DNA from: an uncultured Acidobacteriota bacterium
Lineage (GTDB): Bacteria > Acidobacteriota > Vicinamibacteria > Vicinamibacterales > SCN-69-37
Reading direction: 5' to 3'
Length of the DNA stretch: 64,000 nt
Assembly (NCBI GenBank): GCA_963730485.1
Contig: CAVSRY010000009.1
Coordinates: 101,941 to 165,940 of the forward strand
A program made the translations under genes and the position numbers. The notes under the pieces were generated by a model, which searched no databases, was not told the origin of the DNA, and saw only the letters and a program-made list of their open reading frames with translations. This document shows positions 21,819-33,803 of this stretch, piece after piece. Positions within the stretch are counted from its first letter, which is position 1; the number at the start of each line of letters is the position of its first letter.

Positions 21819-22506
21819 TTACCGGCCGACAGACGCGCGAATCTTGTCCTCGCGCTGGAGCCGCTCGGCCGTCAGGTTGGCCTCGGTGCGCTCCTGGAAC
21901 GGTCCAATCCGCACGCGGAACAAGGAGCCCGGGTCAGCTTGCACGATGGCGGTGTATCCCTTCGCTTTCAGCTGAGCTGACCTGCCGATCGGCGTTTTCC
22001 CGCGACTTGAACGCGGCGACCTGCACGAACCATCCGCCGCCGGCCGACTGCGCCGCGCGCTTCGCGGTGGACGGCGTGGGCGTTGCCGCTGGCGCCGCAG
22101 CGGGTCGTGCTGCGGCCGTCTGCGGCGCGGAGCTCGCGGCCGGTGGCGCCGGCGGCGGTTTCACCGGCACTGACGTCGTGTCCGTTGCTGCAGGCTTCTC
22201 CGTTGCTGCAGGCTTCGCGGGCTCATCGCGCGGCGCGGCCTGTGCCTTCGGCGCCGTCTGATCCTGAAGCTTGTCGTGGTAGCCGAGGTCGGCCGGCGAC
22301 GTCTGAGTCGGCGGAGGCATCTCCGCTGGCGCAGGGGGAACGGCGGCCGGGGCGTCCGTGGCGACTTCCGTCGCCGGCGTGCCGACGCCGCGACCGACAG
22401 AGATACCAAGCAGGAAAATGGCGACGGCCAGGACGACCGACGCCATGAAGAGGAAAACGAGTTGCTTTCCTCCCAGCTGGATCTCACGGACGTTTTGATC
22501 GGGCAT
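21819..22506 (-). CDS. SPOR domain protein (one frame break near 21968)
   Basis: It has an N-terminal TM helix (LVFLFMASVVLAVAIFLLGI) and a P/A-rich linker, then GGWFVQVAAFKSRENADRQV. After the break it reads QLKAKGYTAIVQADPGSLFRVRIGPFQERTEANLTAERL. Confidence 0.7.
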
Positions 22507-22533
22507 TCGTGGGCGTCGATGTTAACACGCGTC

Positions 22534-24170
22534 TCAGCCGCCAATACGCTTCAGTAACTCGCGCGCCGGCTCCGACGTGGGCGCCAGCACCAGCGCCCGT
22601 TCGGCCGACCGCTTCGCGCCTTCGGTATCACCCGAATCGAGCAGGGCGTTGCCCAGCGCGACGTGCGCCGCGGCGGTCTCACGAGACCAGATCGCGATCT
22701 TGAACGCGTCGATGGCCTCCGGCAACCGGCCAGCCCGTCGGTAGAGCGTGCCGAGGAGCAGGTGCGGCTCATCGGCGTAAGGCGAGAGGTAGATCGCACG
22801 CCGGAGGGCCTCGATGGCCTCGGTGTCGCGACGCTGATCGACCAGCGTTCGCGCCCGGGCCAGGTGAAACGCCGCTGTTTCCTGTTGGTCGCGTTGGACG
22901 GGAGCGGCCTGGGCCCGCCGGGCCGCCGGGGAGGCGCCGAGATCCAGCATCCACTCGTTCGAGGCCTGCCGGCACCCGGCCGCCAGGCACGGCCAGGCTC
23001 GGATCGAGCGAGGCGCCCAGCGAACGGGCCAATTCCAGCTCGCGCTGCCCTTCCGGCGTCTTGCCGAGCACGGCACTCATGACGAGGTGCGCATCCCCAT
23101 CGGTCGGATCGAGGCGCACGGTTTCCCGAAGCGACGTCAGCGCTTCGGCGTTGTTCGACGCCAGAGCATGCGCGTAGCCAAGGTTGAAGAGGTACGTCGT
23201 GTTCGCCGGGGCCTCACGGACGGCCCTGGCGAAGTACATGGTGGACGGGTTCGTGCCCTCGGCCGGGCCCCGACGAAGCTGGACGATCCCCAGCGCGTTG
23301 GAGATGGCGGCGGCCGGCTCGGCCTTGTACAGCGCGTCGAGCTCGTGCATGGCGCCGTCGAATCGTTTGAGAGCGATGAGCGATTGCGCGACCGCGAATC
23401 GCGCGCGGCGGAAGAGCGGCGACGCGGCCGGAACGGAGTTCGCGGCCTCGAGCGCGCGATCGTCCAGGTCCTGCGCCGCGTACACGTTCCAGAGCTCCAG
23501 CTGGATGCGCGGATCCATCGGAGCGATTCGCATGGCGCTTTCGAGAAATCGTTGCTCGACGGCCGGCGTCCCCGCCACGAGCCCCTTGACGTAGAGCTCG
23601 AAGGCTTCGAGCGGAAGATGGGCCGCGGCGCGCGTGGCCCGCGGGCGGAGACGCCCCGTCACGTCCGCGACGCGGCGGGACACGCGGTCGAACAGCGTGA
23701 AGATCTCAGGCAGCGTGGCCGCGTCCTCGACCGACGGCCGTTCTGCTCCCGGACCGAGGCGAATGAGCCTGCACGCGGACGCGCAGCTTGTCGCCGAGCT
23801 CCACTTCGCCGAACACGAGATCGGACGCCCCGGTCAGCTCGCCCACCCTGATCATCGTCGCGCGCGTGAGCGCCGCGGACATCGGCAGCTGCAGACGGTC
23901 GAACGCGGCGATCCGCTCCTCGCGCGTGAGCGCGCCGACCCCTTCATTGGCGAGACCCTCGCCGAGCAGCACCGCAGCGGCTTCACCGAGCCAGAGCGAC
24001 GTGCCGGCGCCGCCAGGCGCCTGCGCTTCGACGTCGGCCGCAAACGGCATGACGAGGACGCGCGAGCCCGGCGCCGCCTGAGCGCCGACGGCCGCCGGCA
24101 GGATCAGGATGACGAGCAGGGCGATCGCGGCCTGCGTTCGAACAGTAAGACTGTCGTGCTGATATTTCAT
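22534..24170 (-). CDS. exported TPR-repeat protein with N-terminal TolB-N/LpoB-like module (two frame breaks, near 23765 and 22940)
   Basis: It begins MKYQHDSLTVRTQAAIALLVILILPAAVGA and VLVMPFA..SLWLGEAAAVLL. TPR-like repeats follow (LELWNVYAAQ, YLFNLGYAHAL, HLLLGTLYRRAGRLPEAIDAFKIAI, ALGNALLDSGD). Confidence 0.65.
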
Positions 24171-24771
24171 GCGGCGAGGGCCGGATCCGGTGCGATTTCT
24201 GCGTCGCTCAACTCCAGAACCACGAGGCAGGTGGACCCGCCCACGGCACGGCACCGTTCGGTGCGGCCGACGGCGCCAATCGCGAACTGCCGCAGGGTCT
24301 CGACCGCGACGGCCACATAGAAACCGGCAAAGCGGAGTCGCCTGCGTCTCGCGGACGGCAGCAGAACAACGAGCTGACGACTTCAACCCGGGCGGAGTTT
24401 CGCCGTACTCGCGTGGATGCGCGGCTGGAGCTCTGCAGCGCGCGAATGATGCCGGCTGCCACGCGAAGCGCCGCGCGCGCGCGCCACGTCCGCGGCAACC
24501 AGCCGATCCAGCGCCGCTTCGACGGCGACAGCGAGGCAACCGTCCAGAGCGCGGCCAGCTCGCCTGCGCGAAACGTGACCTCGTCGTACGCGGCGCCCTC
24601 CGTGCGAAGGAATCCCAGGACCGCCGAGATCGGCGCCTGGCCGATGTTGCCGTCGCGCAGGCCGTCGGACGTGAGCCAGTGTTCGTAGAACTCGAGCCGT
24701 TGCGGCAGCCGTTCGGCGATCGCGCCGTGAAGGCAGGCGGCCAGGAGACGTCCGATTCGGGCCTCTGTCAT
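24167..24771 (-). CDS. hypothetical protein, weak V4R-like C-terminus (about two frame breaks)
   Basis: The N-terminal part reads MTEARIGRLLAACLHGAIAERLPQRLEFYEHWL..AVLGFLRTEGAAYDE. Other frames give VRETQATPLCRFY and VETLRQFAIGAVGRTERCRAVGGSTCLVVLEL. It has an ATGA overlap with the TPR gene. The family assignment is tentative. Confidence 0.4.
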
Positions 24772-24780
24772 GATCGGTTC

Positions 24781-25379
24781 ATGCAGCGTGGGTCCACGTC
24801 GGCCGCGATTCTGGCCGGCGGCCAGGCGCGACGGTTTGGCGGTCAGGACAAGAGCCGCCTGGTCGTGCATGGCCGTTCCATCATCGTTCGACAGGTCGAG
24901 GTTCTGCAACGGGTCGCCGCCGAGGTCTTCGTGGTGGCGCAACGATCCGGAGCGGTTCAGCGGACCTCGGTCTCACGGTCCACGTCGATCGCGTACCCGG
25001 CACCGGCGCCATCGGCGGAATCTACACCGCGCTCGACGCCGCACGGGGCGATCGCGTGCTCGTCGTGGCCTGCGATCTGCCCTTCCTCGACGATCGGCTG
25101 CTCTCGGAGCTCGTTCGGCGGGCCGAGCCGGCCGATGGCGCGTGGGTGCGCACGACACGCGGCGTCGAACCGCTCGTCGCGTGTTATCAGCGCCACGCGC
25201 GCGCCGCGATCCTCGCGGAGATTCAGGCGGGACGACTCAAAGCCAGCGACCTCGGCACGGCCTTGCGCCTCGCCGAGATCGCGCCGTCCGAGCTCGATCG
25301 CTTCGGGTCGGCCGACGAGCTGCTGACCAACGTCAACACGCCCGAGGACTACGCACGAGTACAATATCGCCCTCGATGA
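24781..25379 (+). CDS. mobA: molybdenum cofactor guanylyltransferase (frame break near 24950)
   Basis: The N-terminal piece reads MQRGSTSAAILAGGQARRFGGQDKS. After the break it reads VLVVACDLPFLDDRLLSELV..GVEPLVACYQRHARAAIL..TNVNTPEDY. Confidence 0.75.
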
Positions 25380-27389
25380 TTCTGCCGGTTCACGCTGCCG
25401 TCCGCACCGCGCTCGCCGACACGCTCGCCACCAGGTTTTCGATCGCGCCCGACGATCAGCCGGCCATCGTGATCGATGTTCCGCCCAAGCGCGCGCTCGG
25501 CGATCTGGCGGTCCCCATCGCGTTCGAGCTGGCGCGCCGGCTGCGGCAGGCACCGCGCGCGATTGCCAAGCAGATCGCGGACGCGGTCGGCCCGATTGCC
25601 GGCGTGGCACGCGTCGACGCCACGCCCAACGGGTACCTCAACTTCTTTCTCGACCGGACGGCGTTGACCGGACAGTGGCTCCGGAGCGAACAGCGGGCTC
25701 GACGCGAATCCGGCGGCAAGGTCATCGTCGAACACACCGCCATCAACCCGAACAAGGCGGCGCACATCGGGCATCTTCGCAATGCGACGCTCGGCGACAC
25801 GCTCGTGCGGCTCCTCCGCTTTCAGGGCCGCGCGGTTGAAGTGCAGAACTACATCGACGACACGGGCGTACAGGTCGCGGACGTGGTCGTCGGCTTCACC
25901 ACGCTGGAGGGACGGGACCTGGCCGGCGTGCAATCGCTCATCGCCGACCCTGCCATCCGGTTCGACTACTACTGCTGGGACCTCTACGCGCGAGTGACGG
26001 AGTGGTACACGGCCGACAAGGCACGCCTCGAGATCCGGAGCGCGGCGCTCCATGCGATCGAGGAAGGCGGCAACGCGTTGGCCGAGATCGCCGCGGTCGT
26101 CGCCGACCGGATCGTCCGCACGCATCTGGACACGATGGCGCGGCTGAACGTCGGCTACGACCTCCTCACCTGGGAAGGCGACATCCTTCGCCTGCACTTC
26201 TGGACGACGGCCTTCGAGCAGTTGAAGGCGACTGGCGCGGTGTACCTGCGTGAGGACGGGCGGTTGAAGGGCTGCTGGGTCATGCCGATCGGTGACGGGA
26301 CCGAAGCGCCAGGCGCTGACGACACCGAAGCGCCCGGCGACGAGGACGAGGCCGATCAGCGTGAGAAGGTCATCGTGCGCTCGAACGGCACGGTCACGTA
26401 TGTCGGCAAGGACATGGCCAATCAGTTCTGGAAGTTCGGCTTGCTCGGCCGGGACTTTCACTACCGGCCATTCGAGTCGCGCGACGGCCGGACGGTCTGG
26501 GCGACGACGTCGTCGCCGTCGGAGAATGGTCACGCGCCGGCGTTCGGCCGCGCCTCGGCGGTGTACAACGTCATCGACACGCGCCAGTCGTACCTTCAGG
26601 CGCTGCTCGAAGCAGGCGCTCGGCACCATCGGGTTCACGGAGCAGGCGGCGAACTCGACGCATTTTTCGTACGAGATGGTCGCGCTGTCACACGCGACGG
26701 CCCGGGCGCTCGGCTATGGCGACCAGGAGTCGGAGGGCAAGCCGTTTGTCGAGGTCTCCGGCCGCAAGGGCCTCGGCGTCAAGGCTGATGACCTGATCGA
26801 TCGGCTGATCAGCTCAGCCACGGCCGAAGTCGCCGAGCGCAATCCCGACATGCATGGCGCGGACCGGGATCACGCGGCCCGGGTGATTGCGACCGCCGCC
26901 CTCCGCTACTTCCTCGTGAAGTTCACGCGGACGAAGGTCATCGCGTTCGACATCGACGAGGCGCTGAGCTTCGAAGGCGAGACTGGGCCGTACCTTCAGT
27001 ACGCGACGGTTCGGGCCGGCAACATCCTCGCGAAGCTCGCCGAACGCGATGGGACGACCGAGGATGAGATCGTGCGCCGCCTTCCGGATCTGTCAGAGGA
27101 TCCGATCGCCGAGGGCGACGAGGCCGACGAGCTCTGGGGTCTGGTCCTCGAGGCCTCGCGCCTCGACGAGGTCGTGGAGATCGCGGTCCGTTCGCTCGAG
27201 TTGTCGCTCGTCGCGAAGTTCGCGTTCGGCCTGGCGCAGTCCTTCAACGCGTTCTATCACCGCCAGCAGATCATGAAGGAAGATCGTGTGGATGCGCGCC
27301 TCTGGCGCGCGGCGGCCGTCGTGTACACGCGCCGGCAGCTGACCCGGGCGCTCGATTTGATGGGATGTGACGTGCCTTCCAGGATGTAG
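25376..27389 (+). CDS. argS: arginine--tRNA ligase (one frame break near 26608)
   Basis: It has an ATGA overlap with mobA. It reads VEHTAINPNKAAHIGHLRNATLGD (HIGH). After the break it reads KQALGTIGFTEQAANSTHFSYEMV..ETGPYLQYATVRAGNIL..FAFGLAQSFNAFYH. Confidence 0.9.
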
Positions 27390-27516
27390 GGTCCAGGGTT
27401 CGAGGGGGTCGAGGGTTCGACGGGGTTCGAGGGGTTCGAGGAGTCCGAGGTGCGAGGAGTCCGAGTGGAACAGGTGAACGGGGAACGAGGAACAGGGAAC
27501 GTGGAACGGCGAATCG
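27390..27516. repeat. two abutting direct word arrays, family B (GGTTCGAGG) then family A (GAACGGG)
   Basis: The first array is GGGTTCGAG GGGGTCGAG GGTTCGAC GGGGTTCGAG GGGTTCGAG GAGTCCGAG GTGCGAG GAGTCCGAG. The second is GAACGGG GAACGAG GAACAGG GAACGTG GAACGGC. No complementary arm is present. Confidence 0.8.
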
Positions 27517-28226
27517 ATGAGCGTCCGGTGATCGGCGTTGCGTTTCCGAAGCCGGACTACCTGAAATCGCTCGAACGGGCGGGAGGCGAGCCGCTGGTCC
27601 TCAAGCCCGAGCGCGATGCGTTGCCGGACGCGCTCGAGCGGTGCGATGGCGTTCTGCTCACCGGCGGCGCCGACGTCGATCCGTCGCGATACGGCGAAGC
27701 CGACCGGCACGGTACGGTGGAGATCGATGCCGAACGTGACGAGTACGAGATTGGCTTGACCAGGCTCGCGCTCGATCGCAACCTCCCGCTTCTCGCCATC
27801 TGCCGTGGCGTTCAGCTCCTCAACATCGTCGCCGGCGGCACGCTCGTGCAGGACATCCCGACGAGCCTGCCGGAGTCACTCACCCACCGCCGGCCGAAAC
27901 CGGCGCGCGTGAAGAAGGCGCGCGCCCACGACGTCGCGCTCGTGCCGGGCACGCGTCTCGCCGGCCTGCTCGAAGGCGCCGCGAAACGAAACGGCCACGT
28001 GGCCGTGAACAGCCGGCACCATCAGTCGGTCAAGACCGTCGCGCCCGGATTCGTCGTGTCCGCGACGGCGCCGGACGGGATCGTCGAGGCCATCGAACGT
28101 GCGGGCCGCGGCTTCTGCGTCGGCGTCCAGTGGCATCCGGAGAATTACTGGCGAACCGGCGAGTTCTCGGAACTCTTCGAGGGACTGATCAGCGCGGCTG
28201 CCGGCCGGCGGCAGACGCGGTCGTAG
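27501..28226 (+). CDS. class I glutamine amidotransferase / gamma-glutamyl-GABA hydrolase-like (peptidase C26)
   Basis: It has VLLTGGADVDPSRYG, nucleophile elbow LLAICRGVQLLN and VGVQWHPE. The start is uncertain: GTG at 27501 or 27529. The track start at 27450 lies inside the repeat array. Confidence 0.75.
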   Translation: MERRIDERPVIGVAFPKPDYLKSLERAGGEPLVLKPERDALPDALERCDGVLLTGGADVDPSRYGEADRHGTVEIDAERDEYEIGLTRLALDRNLPLLAICRGVQLLNIVAGGTLVQDIPTSLPESLTHRRPKPARVKKARAHDVALVPGTRLAGLLEGAAKRNGHVAVNSRHHQSVKTVAPGFVVSATAPDGIVEAIERAGRGFCVGVQWHPENYWRTGEFSELFEGLISAAAGRRQTRS

Positions 28227-28271
28227 GCGATCCGGACTTCCGGCATACAATCGCGCCACCAGGAACCCACG

Positions 28272-29481
<1,210 letters not shown>

Positions 29482-29492
<11 letters not shown>

Positions 29493-30015
29493 CCATCGCC
29501 AGCAGCTTCGTCACCGTGCTCCAGTTGCGCGTCGTGATGCCGTCTCCGGCCGCGCGTCCGATGGCCTCCAAAGCGCGGCTCTCGAGAATGCTGTCCGGAC
29601 ACCAGACGTAGACCACCCGCGGCCCCGCCGCCACTTCGTCGGGCGCCCATTTCTGCCGCACGAGGCCGTCGATGCGGCGTTCGTCGGCCGGCGTTCGAAA
29701 GAATCCGACCATCAACCTCGACGGATCCCGACCTTCCGTGGACAGCGGCAGCCCGTCAACGGCCTTCTGCAGGTCGGATGCCGACACGACGGTGACCTTT
29801 GCCGTGACGCCGAGCTTCCGGGTCATGGCCTCCTCGATACGGGAGGCGAGAGCGGTGTCGGCACTCTTGGGTGCCGTGAACACGGCATTGCCGCTGTTCA
29901 GCAGGGTTCGCACGTCGCGGTAGCCGAGCCCTTCGAGAAGGGTGCGAAGGTCGGCCATCGCGACGCGCTTCGCGCGGCCAACGTTGATACCTCGGATCAA
30001 TGCGACGTAGGTCAT
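29482..30015 (-). CDS. DUF1697 domain protein
   Basis: From ATG 30015 the product reads MTYVALIRGINVGRAKRVAMADLRTLLEGLGYRDVRTLLNSGNAVF, the canonical DUF1697 N-terminus. Confidence 0.75.
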
Positions 30016-30020
30016 GAGAT

Positions 30021-30107
30021 GGGGCTCAGGTCGTCGAATTGACTGTACGGTGCTCCAAGTTGACATGACAAAGGCGACAGGGTACAGTCAATTCAAGACC
30101 TGACCCC
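30021..30107. repeat. long inverted repeat (not of the word-array type)
   Basis: GGGGCTCAGGTCGTCGAATTGACTGTAC (30021-30048) pairs with GTACAGTCAATTCAAGACCTGACCCC (30082-30107). The inner 13 bp are perfect, and the 33-nt loop contains TTGACA. Confidence 0.75.
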
Positions 30108-31396
30108 ATTCTCATTTCAAACCCCGCCACCGCCTCGACGTGCGCGGTGTTGGGAAACAGATCGAACGCACGGAGCGACGTCAGATTGTAGCCGCTCGCC
30201 ACGAGCCGCGCGCTGTCGCGCGCGAGCGTCGCCGGATCGCACGACACATAGACGAGCCGAGGCGTTCGGAGACTGATCACCGCGTCGAGCGCGGCTGGCG
30301 AGACGCCGGTACGCGGCGGGTCCAGCACGATCGCGTCGAAACGCTCCTTGCCGATCTGCCGCAGCGCATCCTCGACCGACGTTCGGATCGGCCGGAGCCG
30401 CGTCGACCGAAAGGCTCCGCATTGGTGGCCAGGTCACGACCGCTCGACCCGATCGCCTTCGACGGCGACGACGTCATGGCCGCGCGCGGCGAGCGCGACC
30501 GCGAACAGCCCGACGCCCGCGTAGAGGTCGGCGACGTGCTGGCCATCCACGCCGTCGAGCACGGCGCTGGCCAGCGCACCGACGAGGAAACGGTTCGCCT
30601 GAAAGAACGACGCCGCCTGGCGCGTCCACGTGGTGTTCGCGGGCACAGGCGCGTCGTCTCCGAAAATGTCGGTCGCGGTATCGGTGACATGTCGCGGCGC
30701 CGGCCAGACCGATGACCCGGCCGTGGACGAGGGCCGTGACGCCCGTGACGTCGGCGTCCTGCCACGCGCCGATCTCGAGACCGTCCAGAGACCCGCCGTC
30801 CAGCGCCCTCGAGGTGCAGCACGCGCTGGCGCGCCGTCACGTTCTCGGCCACCACAACCGTCGCGACTCCTTGGCGCGACCACCGAGTGCCACCGAGCAG
30901 CCGATCGACGGCCGGGACGCTTTCGGGCCGCAGCTGCCCGGTCGCCGTCGCGTCGCAGAGCGTGTGTGACCCTTCGCGGAAGAACCCCGCGCGTCCTCCG
31001 GCGACGTGTAGTTTCGCGCGCAGTCGATATCCCTGCTCGGGTGAGCCGGCGACTGACACGTCACCGGGCACGCGTGATTCGCCCGATGCGCTGCAGCGCA
31101 TCGACGAGGAGCTCGCTCTTGCACCGGAGCTGTTCGGGATACTCGATGTGGGCGTAGTCCATCCCGCCGCAGGAAGGGTCAGCAACTCCGGGTCGACGCG
31201 CCGGGCTGGCGCTGAGGACCTCCTCGACGCGAGCGAAGATGACGCTCTTCGTCTTGCGCTCGACGCGCGCGCGAACGCGTTCGCCCGGAATCGCGCCGGC
31301 GACGAGCACGATGATGCCGTCGTGGCGGGCAAGCATGCGGCCACCGGCCACCGCGCGTTCGACCTGAAGATCGAGAGTGGACACGCTAGGCGTCAA
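30026..31396 (-). pseudogene. TRAM-domain 23S rRNA (uracil-5)-methyltransferase RlmD/RumA-like, at least four frame breaks (probably assembly indels)
   Basis: Pieces found: a TRAM domain (LDLQVERAVAGGRMLARHDGIIVLVAGAIPGERVRARVE), FFQANRFLVGALASAVLD, DLYAGVGLFAVALAARGHDVVAVEGD and LDPPRTGVSPAALDAVI..LVYVSCDPATLARD. The true stop is probably near 30115. Confidence 0.7.
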
Positions 31397-32127
31397 ACGT
31401 GAAAGTCGGCAGGCCCAGGTGATCGCGCACGAGTTGATCGAGCGCGCGATCGACGCTGCGGCGCCACAGGTCCGGCGACAGCCGTCGGGCGGTAGGGAGC
31501 GAGGTCGGTCTCTGCATCGCCGCGGAGGCGCTCGAGCACATCGGAACCGATGGCGTCGCGGCCTGCCGCGATGAGGGCCGCGTCGATCGGCGGCAGCCGC
31601 GCGGTCAGTTCCTTTCTGGCGTCGCCACGCGCGGTCCGAGCCGCCTCGCGAATGGTCGACAGCTCGGCAATCGACCGGCTCACCTCGTCGCGAAACGGTT
31701 CGGCAAGGTCGAGCCGGCCGGCGACACGCGAGAGTTTGTCGAGCGCGCGATCCATCTGCCGCGACAGCGACGGACGCCTCCCGGGCTCAGCAGGTTCGAC
31801 CGCGCCTTCAGGCCCCGCGGAGAGTCCGCTCAACCCAACGGAGCGGCGCCACCGTGTGTACACCTCGCGAACGTCAGCCTCACAGAACTCGAGCCGCAGC
31901 GGACGCGTGGACCGGCCCGCGCGGTGCCGTTCGGCCTTCAGGTCGATGCCGTGGGTGACGATGCTGAGCGGCATGCCTTCGAGCGCCCAACCCCGAGCCA
32001 GCTCGAACGCCGGCCCGACAATCCTGATGATCTGGCCCTCGTTCACCCGGGCCAGGTGTTCCTCGACGCGCCGGCAGAAGTCCCCGATATCCACGCCAGT
32101 GGCGTCGGCCTCCGTTCCGCTATTCAC
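31386..32127 (-). CDS. hypothetical protein (one frame break near 31485)
   Basis: The 244-aa ORF begins MNSGTEADATGVDIGDFCRRVEEHLARVNEGQIIRIVGPAFELARGW. A more protein-like C-terminus (RRLSPDLWRRSVDRALDQLVRDHLGLPTFTFDA) lies in another frame. It has a GTGAATAG overlap with birA. I recognise no family. Confidence 0.5.
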
Positions 32128-32938
32128 GCGACAGTCCTTCCCACGTCACTTCGCCAGCCACCAGACGCTCGACTCGTCCGCCCGACTCGACGAGCAAGCG
32201 CGCCGTCGCCATCGATGTCGCGTGCGCGTCCCCGATGCTCGCCGGTGCGATCGGCCCAGCGAACGGCGGCGCCACCGAGACTGGGCGCCGCGAAGCCGCG
32301 CCATCACATCACAGATCGCGCTCAGGCGACCTGCGTGGAAGTGGTCCACGACCGTGGCCAGCGATTCGAGAATCGCGACGACCACCGGCGCGCGTTCGAC
32401 CCGACGCCCCAGCTCAGCCTCGATGGACGTGGCGCGGTCGGCGATCTCACGAGGATACGCAGTCTCGAGCAGGTTGATCCCGATGCCGACGACGACCGCG
32501 TCAATTCGCGCGCCGTGCCCGGCGGTCTCGCACAACACGCCGCCCAGCTTTCGCCATGGCCGGCCGATCACGAGGTCGTTGGGCCACTTCAGCCCGACGG
32601 GCAGCGCCGCAACGGATCGAACGGCGCGGGCCGCCGCGGCGCCGGCTGCGAGCGTCAGAATCGGCACGGAGCCGGCCGCGCCTTTGGGGCGCACGATCGC
32701 CGACAGATACACGCCGGCGCCAGACGGTGAGAACCAGTCGCGCCCGCGTCGGCCGCGTCCGGCCTGCTGCTGATCGGCAATGACCACGGCACCTTCAGGC
32801 TCGCCGTTCGTGGCCATCGACAGCGCCATGTCGTTCGTCGATCCGATCTCCGCGTGGTACGTCACTCGGCTGAACGCGCCGAGGTGCTCCGGACATCGAC
32901 AACGCCGCCGCCAGGTCGGTAGGAATGGGATCAGCCAT
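32120..32938 (-). pseudogene. birA: biotin--[acetyl-CoA-carboxylase] ligase, at least three frame breaks (probably assembly indels)
   Basis: Pieces found: MADPIPTDLAAAL, HAEIGSTNDMA..VIADQQQAGRGRRGRDWFSPSGAGVYLS..LKWPNDLV..KLGGVLCE, and C-terminal pieces DIDGDGAL and LVESGGRVERLVAGEVTWE in two further frames. Confidence 0.8.
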
Positions 32939-33803
32939 CGGCTGAAGATCGGTGCTCGGTGATGATATCGAGGCTGATGTCGACGGCCGGCGCCGAGTGA
33001 GTAATCGCGCCGATGGACACGTAATCCGCTCCACTGTCCGCAAGCCGGCGCACGCGCTCGACCGTCATGCCGCCAGACAGCTCCACGCGCGCGCGGCCGC
33101 CAATCCGCTGAATCGCGGCGCGCACGGTCTCGTCGTCCATGTTGTCGAGCATCACGATGTCCGCGCCGGCCGCGACCGCGGCGTCGACTTCGTCGAGCGT
33201 GTCCGCCTCGACCTCGATCGGCAGAAGGCGATCCGCGTCGCGCGAACGCGGCGGACGGCTTCGGTCGACGCCGCCGGCGACCGCGATGTGGTTGTCCTTG
33301 ATCAGGATGCCGTCGTAGAGGCCCACGCGATGGTTCAGCGCCACCGCCGCAGACGCACGGCGTACTTCGCCAGCGCTCGCAGGCCGGGAATGGTCTTGCG
33401 GGTGTCGAGAATCTTGATGCCGCCGCCCGCGGCTTCGACGAACTCGCGCGCCCGCGTGGCGATCCCCGACAGGTGCTGCAGGAAAGTTCAGCGCCGTTCG
33501 TTCCGCGGTGAGGATGCCCGCCGCCGGCCCGGTCGACCGTCGCCACGCGATCGCCCGGCTGGCAGAGGTCGCCGTCGGACGCGCAGTCGACGAATTCGAT
33601 CGCGGGATCCACCGCGGCGAACACTTCACGCGCGACGTCGAGGCCGGCGATCACGCACGGCGCTCTTCGCGACGATCGCCGCGGACATGCGGACGTCCGC
33701 CGGCACGACGGCAGCGGTCGTCACGTCGCCCGGGCCGACGTCCTCAGCCAGGGCCTCGCGCACCAGCCGTCGGTACGTCGACGGGATCGAGCCGATCAGG
33801 CAT
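32931..33803 (-). pseudogene. nadC: nicotinate-nucleotide pyrophosphorylase (carboxylating), at least four frame breaks (probably assembly indels)
   Basis: Pieces found: [68 protein letters not shown] and VGLYDGILIKDNHIAVAGG..IEVEADTLDEVDAAVAAGADIVMLDNM..VELSGGM. Confidence 0.8.

Noticed and set aside
27396-27445. tRNA or tRNA fragment suggested by repeated GGTTCGA (T-loop-like) motifs. The same applies at 37620-37655.
   Set aside because: The motif is part of a tandem word array. No acceptor, D or anticodon arms can be drawn around any copy.
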